64,000 nt of DNA, taken from Thermoplasmata archaeon (lineage in GTDB: Archaea > Thermoplasmatota > Thermoplasmata > Lutacidiplasmatales > UBA184). The notes under the pieces were generated by a model, which made no database searches, was not told the origin of the DNA, and saw only the letters and a list, made by a program, of their open reading frames with translations. Positions 34,381 to 43,512 of this stretch are shown here, piece by piece; the stretch's first letter is position 1, and each line of letters begins with the position of its first letter. The position numbers and the translations under genes were made by a program. The stretch lies in assembly GCA_027315455.1 (NCBI GenBank), contig DAHUXZ010000003.1, positions 36,484 to 100,483 of the forward strand, given 5' to 3'.

Positions 34381-35759
34381 ACCCGAGGCGAGGGCGCGGC
34401 GGAGGATATACCCTCCCGTCCCGCGAGCGCGAGGGGGGCGAGCGACGGCCCCGGCGTCGAGCGGTCCGAGGACGGGGCGGGAGCGCGAGGACCGACAAGG
34501 ACCGGAAGGGGCGTGGAGCGGTTCGCGCTGATCTGGGTGAACGAGAGCGGCGAGGGAAGGTCCGTCCACGGACGCGCCGCGGAGCCGGAGGTGAAGAAGC
34601 CGGAGAGCGATGGGGCGGAGGCGACGCGGTCGTTGAGCGGCGGGAGGCCGAGGCGCCCGTCGATGAAGCCGAGGACGCTCGCGGGGTCGAGCACCTGGTG
34701 GACGAGTCCCGGGACGGTGTACGGCGAGATGACGAAGAAGGGGATGCGGACGCCGTCCCCGAGCGCTCCGACGGTCGGCGGGACGACGGGGTCCCAGAAG
34801 CCGCCGTTCTCGTCATAGAAGAAGAAGACGGCGGAGGACGGGCCGATCGGACTGTCGAAGATCGTGTTGAGGACCGTGGAGGTCCAGTCGGCCCCGAGCG
34901 TCACGTTCTGGTCGGGGTGCTCGGAGTAGGTGAAGTCGTGGGACGGGTCGATGAACGTGACGGCCGGGGGGTTTGGGCCGTCGACCTGGCGGGTCAGGTT
35001 GGACAGGGGTTGGACGTGCGCGAGGGCGCACGGGTCGCCCGCGATCGCCGGGAAGAGCACCGGCGTGAGGTTCGCCTCGGAACCCGCGTAGTCGTACGCC
35101 CAGGCGTCGCCCGCCGCGGTCATCTGCGAAAGGATCGTCGGGAACGACATCGTGGACGCCGGCGGGATCGCGTCGCTCGTCCAACCGCCGGTCGTCGCAG
35201 CGATGTCGAACATCCGGTTCGGCAGGGTCGGTCCCAGGATGCCGGAGAAGAACTCGTCGTCGAGGGCGTAGGTGTGCGCGAGGGTGAAGTACTGGGGGAT
35301 CTGCGCCGCGGTGTAGTAGCCGACGGCGTCGTTCGGGGCGTCGTATCCGGCGGCGGCGGCCTGGGCGACGAACCCGTTCATCTGGCCGCCGTTGACGTCC
35401 CGGACATCGGAGGCGCGGTCGTGCGGAAGGTCCGGCGTGCTGCTCGCGTTGAGCGGGAAGGGGGCGATCGTGCGGTTCGAGCCGAACGCGACCGGCAGCG
35501 CACCGGAGGGAGGGGTGCCGAGCGCGCCGGGGAGCGTGGCGAAGTAGTTCTCGAAGGCGTGGTTCTCCTTCACGAGGACGAAGATGTGCGTGATGGGAAA
35601 CGGACCGACGGCGCCGCCGGTCAGCGGCGCACATCCGCCGAGGAAGGGATGCTGCGCGACGCCGAGGGCGAGCCCGCCCGCGGCGATGAGGACGGCCGCG
35701 ACGACCACGATCGTGCTCGTCCGGGACGGCCGGACCGCGAGGGGCGGCGTCGCGCTCAT
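34299..35759 (-). CDS. Phosphoesterase family protein (phospholipase C / acid phosphatase type), N-terminal signal anchor; real C-terminus uncertain
   Basis: HIFVLVKENHAFENYF, VNGGQMNGF, TLPNRMF, FPTILSQM..AG.AW, SEHPDQN, FFFYDENGGFWDPVVPP, GVRIPFFVISPY. ATGA overlap with the upstream methyltransferase stop. Confidence 0.8.
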   Translation of the reverse strand: MSATPPLAVRPSRTSTIVVVAAVLIAAGGLALGVAQHPFLGGCAPLTGGAVGPFPITHIFVLVKENHAFENYFATLPGALGTPPSGALPVAFGSNRTIAPFPLNASSTPDLPHDRASDVRDVNGGQMNGFVAQAAAAGYDAPNDAVGYYTAAQIPQYFTLAHTYALDDEFFSGILGPTLPNRMFDIAATTGGWTSDAIPPASTMSFPTILSQMTAAGDAWAYDYAGSEANLTPVLFPAIAGDPCALAHVQPLSNLTRQVDGPNPPAVTFIDPSHDFTYSEHPDQNVTLGADWTSTVLNTIFDSPIGPSSAVFFFYDENGGFWDPVVPPTVGALGDGVRIPFFVISPYTVPGLVHQVLDPASVLGFIDGRLGLPPLNDRVASAPSLSGFFTSGSAARPWTDLPSPLSFTQISANRSTPLPVLVGPRAPAPSSDRSTPGPSLAPLALAGREGISSAAPSPRVWPGGGSPSGGRSRSCSSRRARSWPSR

Positions 35760-36910
35760 GCGGCCTCGGCCATCGGGGGCGCGACTCGCCGGAGGCAGAT
35801 GAGGAAGTGGTCGCCGAGGCTGCGGAACGGGGTCCGCCGGCCGAGGGCCCGGTCGAGCCGCCCGAGCCGGTCGAGCGCCCACCGGTTCCCGACGCGGCCC
35901 GCCAGGTCGGGCGGCGGGACGACGACCCCGACGGCCTCGAGGTCGGAGGGGACGAATCCGGGGCGGAATCGGCGCGCGAGGCCGGCGGGGGAGTGCGCAA
36001 AACAGTCCACCGAGAACCGGGACCGGCCGACCGGCACCGGGGATCGGAGACGGCCGAACGCGCGCCGCCAGCGGGCCGAGGCGCTGTAGGCGAAGAGCTC
36101 GAGCGCCGGAGTGCGGTTGAGGACGCCGGCGACGAACGGGGCGTTCTCGTTCAACATCCCCGCCAGCCCATCGCGGACGGGCGCCAGATCCGGCTCGCAG
36201 CTGAGCGCGCCGAAGGTGGAGAAGCCCCCGTCGAACGGTCCCTCGATCTCGAGCGAGGCGAGGTCGCGGAGCCGGCCGCGGACGGACGTGAGCCGTTCGG
36301 ACACCCCCGCGGCCCGGGCGTTCGCGCCCAGCCGCTGGAGCATCGCCTCGGAGACGTCCACCGCGACGACCTCGTGCCCGTCCTTGAGCAGCGGCAGGGT
36401 CTCGATCCCCGGCCCGCTTCCGAGCTCGAGGAGTCGCCGCCGACCGTGAAGATGGCGCCGGAGGTAGTCGAGGGAGCGCTCGCGCAGGTACGCTTCGATC
36501 GGGTTCCCGCGGATCGAGTCGGCGTAGCTCTCGGCCACGGAGTCGAACTCGGAGCGGAGCCAGGTGTCGTACGCGGGTTCCGCGGCCCGTGCGCCCTCGG
36601 CCGGGGTCAGGCGAAGGAGCCGGCCGGGATGGGGGAACCACTCCTGGAAGCGGGCCTCCCCCGCCTCCGTGCGAAAGCGCGCGACGACGCGCGCGCGCTC
36701 GGCCGCCTCCGCGACGAGGCCGACGCGCCAGCGCTCGGCCCGCCCCTCGCGCTCGACCCGCACCGTGCCGTCGCGCAGGGCCCTCGGCGGCCACGCGGCC
36801 GAAATCTCACCCGCGAGCAGGTAGAGCCGTCCCCCCTCGGCGAGATAGCGCAGCGGGAGGCGCTCGGCGCCGAGGAGAAGATCGAGGTGCGGGGGGCTAG
36901 GATCCGACAC
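35756..36910 (-). CDS. Class I SAM-dependent methyltransferase with a ~120-aa N-terminal extension
   Basis: LLELGSGPGIETLPLLKDGHEVVAVDVSEAML (motif I / post-I). Confidence 0.75.
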   Translation of the reverse strand: MSDPSPPHLDLLLGAERLPLRYLAEGGRLYLLAGEISAAWPPRALRDGTVRVEREGRAERWRVGLVAEAAERARVVARFRTEAGEARFQEWFPHPGRLLRLTPAEGARAAEPAYDTWLRSEFDSVAESYADSIRGNPIEAYLRERSLDYLRRHLHGRRRLLELGSGPGIETLPLLKDGHEVVAVDVSEAMLQRLGANARAAGVSERLTSVRGRLRDLASLEIEGPFDGGFSTFGALSCEPDLAPVRDGLAGMLNENAPFVAGVLNRTPALELFAYSASARWRRAFGRLRSPVPVGRSRFSVDCFAHSPAGLARRFRPGFVPSDLEAVGVVVPPPDLAGRVGNRWALDRLGRLDRALGRRTPFRSLGDHFLICLRRVAPPMAEAA

Positions 36911-37015
36911 CCTGAGGTCCTCCTACCGGCCCCCGGTCCCGTTCGCGTGGAGGCCGCCGGAGCCGGTCCGGGAATCACGGATACGCTGAAGAGCCGCGCC
37001 GAGCTCCGCAGGGCC

Positions 37016-37876
37016 ATGGCCGACCCAGCGCGCGCCGGGGGGAGGCGGCGTCCCCGGTCCGCGGGCGCTGCGGGCGCGCTCGCCGTATTCGTGGCGGTGG
37101 GGCTCCTCGCGACGGCCCCGGGCGCCGCGACCGGCACCGCGGCCGCGGCGGGCTACCTCCTTCCGCTCGGGGGGGCGAACACCACCGACCACAACCTCAC
37201 CTTCGCGACGAACATGGTGCAGCTCGAACCGTCGGCCACTGCCTCGTTCGCCGTCACGCTGACGAGCACGCTCGTCGCCAACGCCTCCGTCCCGGCCGAC
37301 CGGGCGGAAGTGGAGGTCGGTCTCGGACCGGTCCCCGCCGGGCCCGAAGAGACGAACATCACGCCCCTCCTCATCGTCCAGGAGTCGGCCGCCGGCCTTC
37401 TCCGGATCGAGTACATCCCCTTCGCGATGAACGACACCTTTGGGTTCGAGGTGTTCGACGGCACCCCGGTCTCCCCCGGGCCCTCCGACTTCGTGGGGCA
37501 CACCCTCGCTCTCGAGTACACGGAAACGGCTCCTCCCGTCCCGGCGTACGCCGTCACCGGCTACTACGGCCACATCACCGGGAACCTGACCGTCCTCTGG
37601 GACGGGACCGTGCTGGTCCCGCCGTACCCGGTGGCCTGGGCGAGCCTGGGGGCGTTCTACATCTACGGGCTCACGACCGACGCGTTCGTCTCGGGCGCGG
37701 TCTACGCGAACGTCACGGCGCTCGCGGCCGACCTGACGGCGCCCAGCCGGGGCGTGATCGGGCCGAACGGCACCATCGGAGCCGTTCCCGTGTGGGTCGT
37801 TGCGGCGGCCGTGGGGGTCATCCTCGGGAGCGCAGCCAGCGCGCTCGCGCTCCGCCGACGCGGGCCGGGACATTAG
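37016..37876 (+). CDS. Secreted, probably N-glycosylated protein with C-terminal TM anchor
   Basis: Signal peptide RRRPRSAGAAGALAVFVAVGLLATAPGAA. At least 8 N-x-S/T sequons. C-terminal VPVWVVAAAVGVILGSAASALAL followed by RRRG. Confidence 0.6.
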   Translation: MADPARAGGRRRPRSAGAAGALAVFVAVGLLATAPGAATGTAAAAGYLLPLGGANTTDHNLTFATNMVQLEPSATASFAVTLTSTLVANASVPADRAEVEVGLGPVPAGPEETNITPLLIVQESAAGLLRIEYIPFAMNDTFGFEVFDGTPVSPGPSDFVGHTLALEYTETAPPVPAYAVTGYYGHITGNLTVLWDGTVLVPPYPVAWASLGAFYIYGLTTDAFVSGAVYANVTALAADLTAPSRGVIGPNGTIGAVPVWVVAAAVGVILGSAASALALRRRGPGH

Positions 37877-38880
37877 ATTCCCCGCGGCGCGCGCGACGCG
37901 AGGTCACCGGCGAAGGCGCCCATCGCGGCGCCGAGGCTCATCGGTCCCGACGGGCCGCAGAGCCCGGACGGTCCCTCGAGGTCGAGTCCACCGAACGCGA
38001 GGTGGAGGTGGACGTTGTAGCCGGAGACCTCCAGGTAGACGTACGAGAGGAGCGCCGAGCTGACCGGTAGGCCCAGCCCCTTGAGCGTCGCCACGAGATA
38101 CGCCTCGAGGTCCACGGTCACCGTCCGGCTCGTCGACGCGCCGAGGAGCGGGGCGAGGGGGAACGTCCCCTGCCCGACGTCCCCCCCGCTCGCGCCTCCG
38201 ACGACGGGAGCGATGGACGGGGCGATCGGCCCCGCATCCCAGAGGATGAGGTTGGTGTAGACGAGCCGGGCGCCGGGGGCGCCGGGCAGCGGCGGGAGCG
38301 CGAGGGTGGCCCCGAGGGCGAACGCCCCGGAGACCGGCCCCGTCGTCGGGAACTCGGGGGCGTCCCAGGTGAGGGGGACCGTCAGTGTCCAGTTCACCCC
38401 CGCGACGGGCATGCCGATGTAGACCGGGTGGATCGCCTGGGTGGCGTTCACCGTGTAGTTGCCGAGGTTCACGGCGCAGGGAAGGAAGCCCGAGCGGACG
38501 GTCTCGAAGTCCCCCCATTGTGGGCTGCGGAAGCCCTGGGTGCGAGGCACCTCGACGAAGTTGAACGCCTGGGGCCCGACCGTGAAGTGGGGATAGGGAG
38601 CGACGGTCGCGTTGGCCCACGGACCGACGTAGTAGTCGATCGTACCGGGCCCGCCGACGGGATCGCTCCAGTTGATGTGGACCCCGGGGGTGACGGCGAA
38701 CCCCGGGATGAAGTTCGGGTCCCAGACGAGGTCGTTGTTCGCGTCGGCAAAGGCCGGGTCGAGGTTGTACGTCGACCGCGCCGCGGGGAGCGCGCCTGCC
38801 GGTACCCAGTAGGGTACGAGTCCGACGAGGACCGCGAGCCCGATCGCGCCGAGCACTGCGAGCGATCGCCGCCGGTCCAC
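37873..38880 (-). CDS. Secreted hypothetical protein (start at the GTG at 38880 preferred; ORF upper limit 38943)
   Basis: N-terminus (V)DRRRSLAVLGAIGLAVLVGLVPYWV looks like a signal anchor. There are several N-x-T sequons. An ATTTAG element lies ~22 nt upstream of 38880 on the minus strand. Confidence 0.5.
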   Translation of the reverse strand: MDRRRSLAVLGAIGLAVLVGLVPYWVPAGALPAARSTYNLDPAFADANNDLVWDPNFIPGFAVTPGVHINWSDPVGGPGTIDYYVGPWANATVAPYPHFTVGPQAFNFVEVPRTQGFRSPQWGDFETVRSGFLPCAVNLGNYTVNATQAIHPVYIGMPVAGVNWTLTVPLTWDAPEFPTTGPVSGAFALGATLALPPLPGAPGARLVYTNLILWDAGPIAPSIAPVVGGASGGDVGQGTFPLAPLLGASTSRTVTVDLEAYLVATLKGLGLPVSSALLSYVYLEVSGYNVHLHLAFGGLDLEGPSGLCGPSGPMSLGAAMGAFAGDLASRAPRGI

Positions 38881-38950
38881 GGGGCGGGCAACCCCACGCC
38901 CGCTAAATCCCCTTATGCGGGGGACACCGGGCGGGAACTGCACTGCGGTC

Positions 38951-38956
38951 TAAATA
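38951..38956 (+). promoter_or_regulatory. TAAATA TATA box about 32 nt upstream of the GTG at 38989
   Basis: GGTCTAAATACGAG. The same GTCTAAATA core recurs at 55643. Confidence 0.4.
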
Positions 38957-38988
38957 CGAGCAGCAGGCTCGGGGGCCCCGGGATCGCC

Positions 38989-39927
38989 GTGGGCGCCGAG
39001 GCGGCGTGGGGGGAGGACAGTGCGGCCGACGACCGCGTCGGTCCGATCCTCGACGTGGCGCACGCCCACGGAACGGCGGTTCCCCTAAAGGAGCTGACCG
39101 ACCTGCTCCCCGAGGCCGGGCCGCGCTCCGCGCTCGAGGTCGCCCGGTGGCTTTCGGAGCACCCGGACCGCGGGTGGGTCGAGGGTGACCTGGCTCTCTC
39201 TGCGCGCGCGAGGACCCCGCCCCCGGGACTTGAGGGACGTAGGGCCCGCGCCCGGGAGTACCTCGCCGAGGCGCGAAGGATCGTGGACGGGCCCCTCGGG
39301 CTCGTTCGCGGGATGGTGCGGTTCGTCGGGGTCACGGGCAGCACCGCCTACGGGGAGCCCGAGGACGGGGACGACCTCGACTTCATGGTGGTGACCCGCC
39401 CGGGATCGGTGTGGCTCTTCCTCGCCTTCACCTATCTCGCGTTGCGGTGGGATCGGGTCCGATCCTCGGCGCGGCCGGGTCCTTCCCCCTGCTTCAACTA
39501 CGTGCTCGACGAGGACGCGGCCCGGACCCGCTACGCCTCGGGCCGGGGCTTCCTCTTCGCCCGGGAGGCGCTCGCGGCCCGGGTGATCGAGGGCGGCGAC
39601 TTCTACCGCGGCCTTCTCGCCTCGGCCCCGTGGATCCGCGCCGAGCTCCCCCGCCTCTACTCCCGGTGGGAGGGGTCGGGCTTCCCGCCGACGGCGCGGC
39701 CCGCGTCCACGTCCCTCCTGGTCCGCTGCGCCAACGCGCTCGTGTTCCCGTGGCTCGCCGCGTACCTTCAGATGGCCGGCCTCCTGCGCAACCATGGCCT
39801 GAGGCGCCGCGGGCTCCCCGACCGCGCGTTCCGCACCGTGACCCGCCCCGGGCGTCTCGCCTTCGAGACCCTCCGCTTCGAGGAGCTCGCCCGCGCCTAC
39901 GCCGCCCCCGGCCCCGAGGCGCCGTGA
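38989..39927 (+). CDS. Nucleotidyltransferase-fold (pol-beta-like) domain protein
   Basis: VGVTGSTAYGEPEDGDDLDFMVV (G-S ... DxD minimal NTase motif). The start is a guess (GTG). Confidence 0.5.
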   Translation: MGAEAAWGEDSAADDRVGPILDVAHAHGTAVPLKELTDLLPEAGPRSALEVARWLSEHPDRGWVEGDLALSARARTPPPGLEGRRARAREYLAEARRIVDGPLGLVRGMVRFVGVTGSTAYGEPEDGDDLDFMVVTRPGSVWLFLAFTYLALRWDRVRSSARPGPSPCFNYVLDEDAARTRYASGRGFLFAREALAARVIEGGDFYRGLLASAPWIRAELPRLYSRWEGSGFPPTARPASTSLLVRCANALVFPWLAAYLQMAGLLRNHGLRRRGLPDRAFRTVTRPGRLAFETLRFEELARAYAAPGPEAP

Positions 39928-40907
39928 CCGTTCCGTCGAGCGACGGGCTCGCGCCGGTCTTCAGCGGCGGCATCGTCGCCTGCGGCGACGGTCCGCGGGT
40001 CGCCCGGGCGATCCGATCCCTCCTCGCCCAGGATCTGCCTCACGGCGGACGTTGGCTCCGCCTCTGGGTCGTCGTCGCCCCGGGCTCGGGCGAGACCTTG
40101 GCGGCGGCCCAAGGGGCCGCGGCAGGGGACGGGCGGGTGGTGGTCCTTCCCGAGCGGGTGCGTCGCGGCAAGTCCGCGGCGCTCGGGGAGATCTTCGCGC
40201 GGACCGAGGGCGATTACCTCGTCCTGCTCAACGGGGACGCGGAGGCCGAGCCCGGTTCGCTCCTCGCCCTCTGGCGGACGGCGGCCGGGGCCCGCCGGCC
40301 CTTCGCGGTCATGGCCCGGCCGGTGCCGTCCCCGCGGCCGGCCGGTCCCTGCGCCGACGCGATCGCCCTACTCTGGGAGATCCACCATCGGCTCCACCTC
40401 GCGATACGGTCCGATGGTCCGGCCGCGAACCTCTCGGACGAGCTGCTCCTCCTGCCGGTCGCGGCGCTCCCGCCCCTCGGCCCGGGGGTGATCAACGACG
40501 GCGCGTTCTACGCGGCGTGGATCCGACGGGAGGGCGGCGAGCTCCTCTACGCCCCGACGGCCGCCGTCCGGGTCGCGACCCCCGTCGGGTTCCTGGATCA
40601 CTTCCGCCAGCGCCGTCGCATCCTCGCCGGCCACGCCCAGGTCGCGGAGCTCACCGGCCTTACCCCGGCCACCGTCCTCACCCTCGCGCGGGCCCGCCCC
40701 CGCAACGCGATCCGTCTCGTGGGGGAGGCGACGCGTTCGTCGCCCCGGGGGCTCCGCAGCCTCGCGGCCCTGCTTGCAATCGAAGCCGCCGCCCACTTCG
40801 CGGCCCGCTTCGACCGTCGGCGGGCCCGCGCCGCCATCTGGCCCCGGGTCCGCACCACCCCGGCGGACGACCCGCGGGAGGCCGACTCCCCGGCGATCGC
40901 CGGGTAG
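39924..40907 (+). CDS. Glycosyltransferase family 2-like protein
   Basis: GTGA overlap with the previous gene. VVVAPGSGETL...RRGKSAALGEIFARTEGDYLVLLNGDAEAEPGSL resembles the GT-A fold DxD region. Confidence 0.6.
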   Translation: MTVPSSDGLAPVFSGGIVACGDGPRVARAIRSLLAQDLPHGGRWLRLWVVVAPGSGETLAAAQGAAAGDGRVVVLPERVRRGKSAALGEIFARTEGDYLVLLNGDAEAEPGSLLALWRTAAGARRPFAVMARPVPSPRPAGPCADAIALLWEIHHRLHLAIRSDGPAANLSDELLLLPVAALPPLGPGVINDGAFYAAWIRREGGELLYAPTAAVRVATPVGFLDHFRQRRRILAGHAQVAELTGLTPATVLTLARARPRNAIRLVGEATRSSPRGLRSLAALLAIEAAAHFAARFDRRRARAAIWPRVRTTPADDPREADSPAIAG

Positions 40908-40926
40908 CGCCGGGAAGGCCCGCGAC

Positions 40927-42171
40927 CTACTTCGCGGTCGAGGGCGGCTTCTTCGCCGGCGTCGACGATGCGGCGGCGGGGACCGAGACGGCCGGCGGCG
41001 CCGCCGGCGACGGCGAGGGGGCCGCGGTTCCGGCCGATGCCGCGGCGGGAGCGAAACCGGAGGTGGTCGCGTCCGCCCCGGGCTTGGCGCCGCCCGAGCC
41101 GAACGGATTGACGAGGGCGGCCGACTCGTCCGCCTCGGCCCGGATCTCGTCCTCGATGCTCTTGATCTCGGTCAGCAGCTCCTGCTGCCGCGGGATGGGC
41201 CCGAGGACGTCGTCCGCCGTCCCGATCCGCTTCTCGAGGTCGTCGAGGGTGTTGAGGCTGCGGTCGGGGACCGTGCGCGAGGTGCCGAGGTACTCGCTCG
41301 CACCCTCCATCAGGCGCGTGAACTCGAACGGGAAGAGGATCTTCGTGGCCTGGCCGTCGCCGACGCGCGCGACGGTGTCGAGCGACAGCACCGTGAGCGC
41401 CTTGGCGTCGAGCGTTCCGGCTCCCAGGGAGAGGATCCGGAGGCGCTGGGACTCTCCCTGGGCCTCGAGGATCGTCGCCATCCGCCCGCCCTCGGCCTCG
41501 AGGATCTTCGACTGTCGGACCCCCTCCGCCTGGAGGATGCGCGAGCGCTTCTGGCCCTCCGCGACCAGGATCGCGGAGCGCTTCTCCCCGTCGGCGCGCA
41601 GGACCGCGGCCCGCCGCTGGCGTTCGGCCGCGGTCTGCTCCTCCATCGCGGCCTTGACGGGCCCGACGGGGTCGACCTCCTTGATCTCGACCGCCTCGAC
41701 CCGGACCCCCCATCGGTCCGTCGCCTCGTCGAGGATGTCCCGGAGCCGGGTGTTGATCCGTTCGCGGTTGTAGAGGACCTCGTCCAGTTCCATGTCGCCG
41801 ATGATCGACCGCAGCGTCGTCTGCGCGAGGGCGACCGTCGCGACATGGAAGTCCTGGACCTGGAAGATCGCCTTCGGCGTGTCGACGACCTTGATGTAAA
41901 TGATCGCGTCGACGTTCGTCGGCGAGTTGTCCTTGGTGATGACCTCCTGGCGGGGGACCTCGAGAACCTGAGTACGCAGGTCGACCTTGATCACCACCGC
42001 GAGCGGGTTGACCCAGTTCAGTCCCGGATTCAGGATGCGCTTGTACGACCCGAGGACCGTGACGATGCCCTGCTGGTACGGCTGGACCGTCTTGATCGCT
42101 CGGGAGAGGTAGATCAAGAGGCCAAAGAGGGCGATGACGATGATGGCGACCGTGGTCCCTACGTCGGACAT
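40927..42171 (-). CDS. SPFH/Band-7 (stomatin/prohibitin-like) membrane protein with a long Ala/Pro-rich tail
   Basis: N-terminal TM helix, VQPYQQGIVTVLGSYKRILNPGLNW, ITKDNSPTNVDAIIYIKV, RWGVRVEAVEIKEV, and a coiled-coil AERQRRAAVLRADGEKRS. Confidence 0.9.
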   Translation of the reverse strand: MSDVGTTVAIIVIALFGLLIYLSRAIKTVQPYQQGIVTVLGSYKRILNPGLNWVNPLAVVIKVDLRTQVLEVPRQEVITKDNSPTNVDAIIYIKVVDTPKAIFQVQDFHVATVALAQTTLRSIIGDMELDEVLYNRERINTRLRDILDEATDRWGVRVEAVEIKEVDPVGPVKAAMEEQTAAERQRRAAVLRADGEKRSAILVAEGQKRSRILQAEGVRQSKILEAEGGRMATILEAQGESQRLRILSLGAGTLDAKALTVLSLDTVARVGDGQATKILFPFEFTRLMEGASEYLGTSRTVPDRSLNTLDDLEKRIGTADDVLGPIPRQQELLTEIKSIEDEIRAEADESAALVNPFGSGGAKPGADATTSGFAPAAASAGTAAPSPSPAAPPAVSVPAAASSTPAKKPPSTAK

Positions 42172-42183
42172 GTGCGTCTTCTC

Positions 42184-42804
42184 CTACGAGCGGCTCCCTT
42201 CGGGGGCGGGGGGACGAGCCGCGGGAGCCTCCCCGAACGGCTCGACCTGGATCGAAACGCCCTCGCCGCCCACGACCCGGACCTTCGTGCCGGCCGGAAT
42301 GGGCATGTGCGCGCGGGCCGACCAGATCTCCGAGCGGACCCGCACCTTGCCCCGAAGCGTGTCCGGTACGACGGGGGCGATGACGACCCCGACCTCGCCC
42401 TCGAGTCCGGCGGACGTCGTGCTCATCGGGCGGTGGACGGGCGCGATCCACCGGTAGAACGGTACGGTGAGGACCGCGGCGGCGACGGCGGCCAGCACGA
42501 CGATCAGCGGGCCGTAGAGCGTGCCGAGCAGGATCCCTGGGAGGAGCAGATAGAGCAGGCCGGCGACGATCATGATCGTCCCCGGGATGAGGAGAAGCGC
42601 CCCGGGATGGGCGAGCTCGACCCCGAAGAGGACGACCCCTCCGATGACGAGCAGGATGCCGATGGTGTCGTTGACCGTGACCGTCGTCACGCTGGCGGCC
42701 ACGACCCCGGCGAGACCGACCCCACCCAACGCCATCTGCGGCGCGACCAAGCGGACGGGGGCCATAAAGATGGTCCCCGGCACCCAAGCCGGCGTCCCGC
42801 GCAT
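42184..42804 (-). CDS. NfeD family membrane protein (short form, no ClpP-like protease domain)
   Basis: Multi-TM N-terminus and a C-terminal OB-fold GEVGVVIAPVVPDTLRGKVRVRSEIWSARA...GTKVRVVGGEG. Lies immediately upstream of the stomatin gene. Confidence 0.8.
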   Translation of the reverse strand: MRGTPAWVPGTIFMAPVRLVAPQMALGGVGLAGVVAASVTTVTVNDTIGILLVIGGVVLFGVELAHPGALLLIPGTIMIVAGLLYLLLPGILLGTLYGPLIVVLAAVAAAVLTVPFYRWIAPVHRPMSTTSAGLEGEVGVVIAPVVPDTLRGKVRVRSEIWSARAHMPIPAGTKVRVVGGEGVSIQVEPFGEAPAARPPAPEGSRS

Positions 42805-42822
42805 CCCACGCGGAGCAACGGG

Positions 42823-43401
42823 TCAGCGAATGTAATGGTCCGTGGTCGCGAGGTCGAACCGGGAGACGACCCGCAGCCGCCGGCCCTCGCCGCGCGGCGC
42901 GAACGCGAGGAACGGGTACATGCGCCACAGGTCCCCTTCCGCCATCCCGGTCGCGGGGTGCTCGGCACCCAGTGCGGCACGCGCCACCTTGGCCGTGACC
43001 TTGCGGACCGCGCTCTCGTCGAGATAGCCGAGGGCGTGCAGGTACTCGTGCGCGAGGATGACGAAGACGAAGGAGTTGTACTCGCGGGGGGAGCGGGCGT
43101 TCGCCTCCATCGTCCGGACGAGCCCCTCGTTCATCACGATCAGGTTCCCCGTCACCTGCCAGTACGCGCCGAGCGTCGGAGGGAGGTCGGAGAGCCCGAG
43201 CCCGAGCCCCGGGCGTTCGACGCCGAGGACCCGGCGCACGGCACCCCGGACGACCTGGAAGACCTGGTCGAAGGTCGCCGGCGCGTCCAGGAGCCGGGCG
43301 AGCGGCAGCGTTCCCTCCGTCGGCGACGGGGCGGCGGACGTTGGCCCGTGGGCCGACGGGCCCTTCGGAACGGGCGGCTGCACGTCGAACCCGAGCGCCA
43401 T
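42823..43401 (-). CDS. Putative zinc metallopeptidase (HExxH), 192 aa
   Basis: FVFVILAHEYLHALGY. Start at the ATG at 43401. Confidence 0.55.
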   Translation of the reverse strand: MALGFDVQPPVPKGPSAHGPTSAAPSPTEGTLPLARLLDAPATFDQVFQVVRGAVRRVLGVERPGLGLGLSDLPPTLGAYWQVTGNLIVMNEGLVRTMEANARSPREYNSFVFVILAHEYLHALGYLDESAVRKVTAKVARAALGAEHPATGMAEGDLWRMYPFLAFAPRGEGRRLRVVSRFDLATTDHYIR

Positions 43402-43426
43402 CCTACCGACGAGCTCCCTCGGGGCA

Positions 43427-43432
43427 TTTATA
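43427..43432 (-). promoter_or_regulatory. TATAAA (minus strand) TATA box about 26 nt upstream of the metallopeptidase ATG (leaderless geometry)
   Basis: GGGGCATTTATACCCCC lies in the divergent spacer between 43401 (-) and the RIO kinase gene (+). Confidence 0.5.
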
Positions 43433-43512
43433 CCCCCGGTAACCCGCCCGCCACCGTCGCGGCCGAACCGGCGAGGAGCATCGCCCGGCCCCGGCGCGGG
43501 CGGCGCCAGCAT

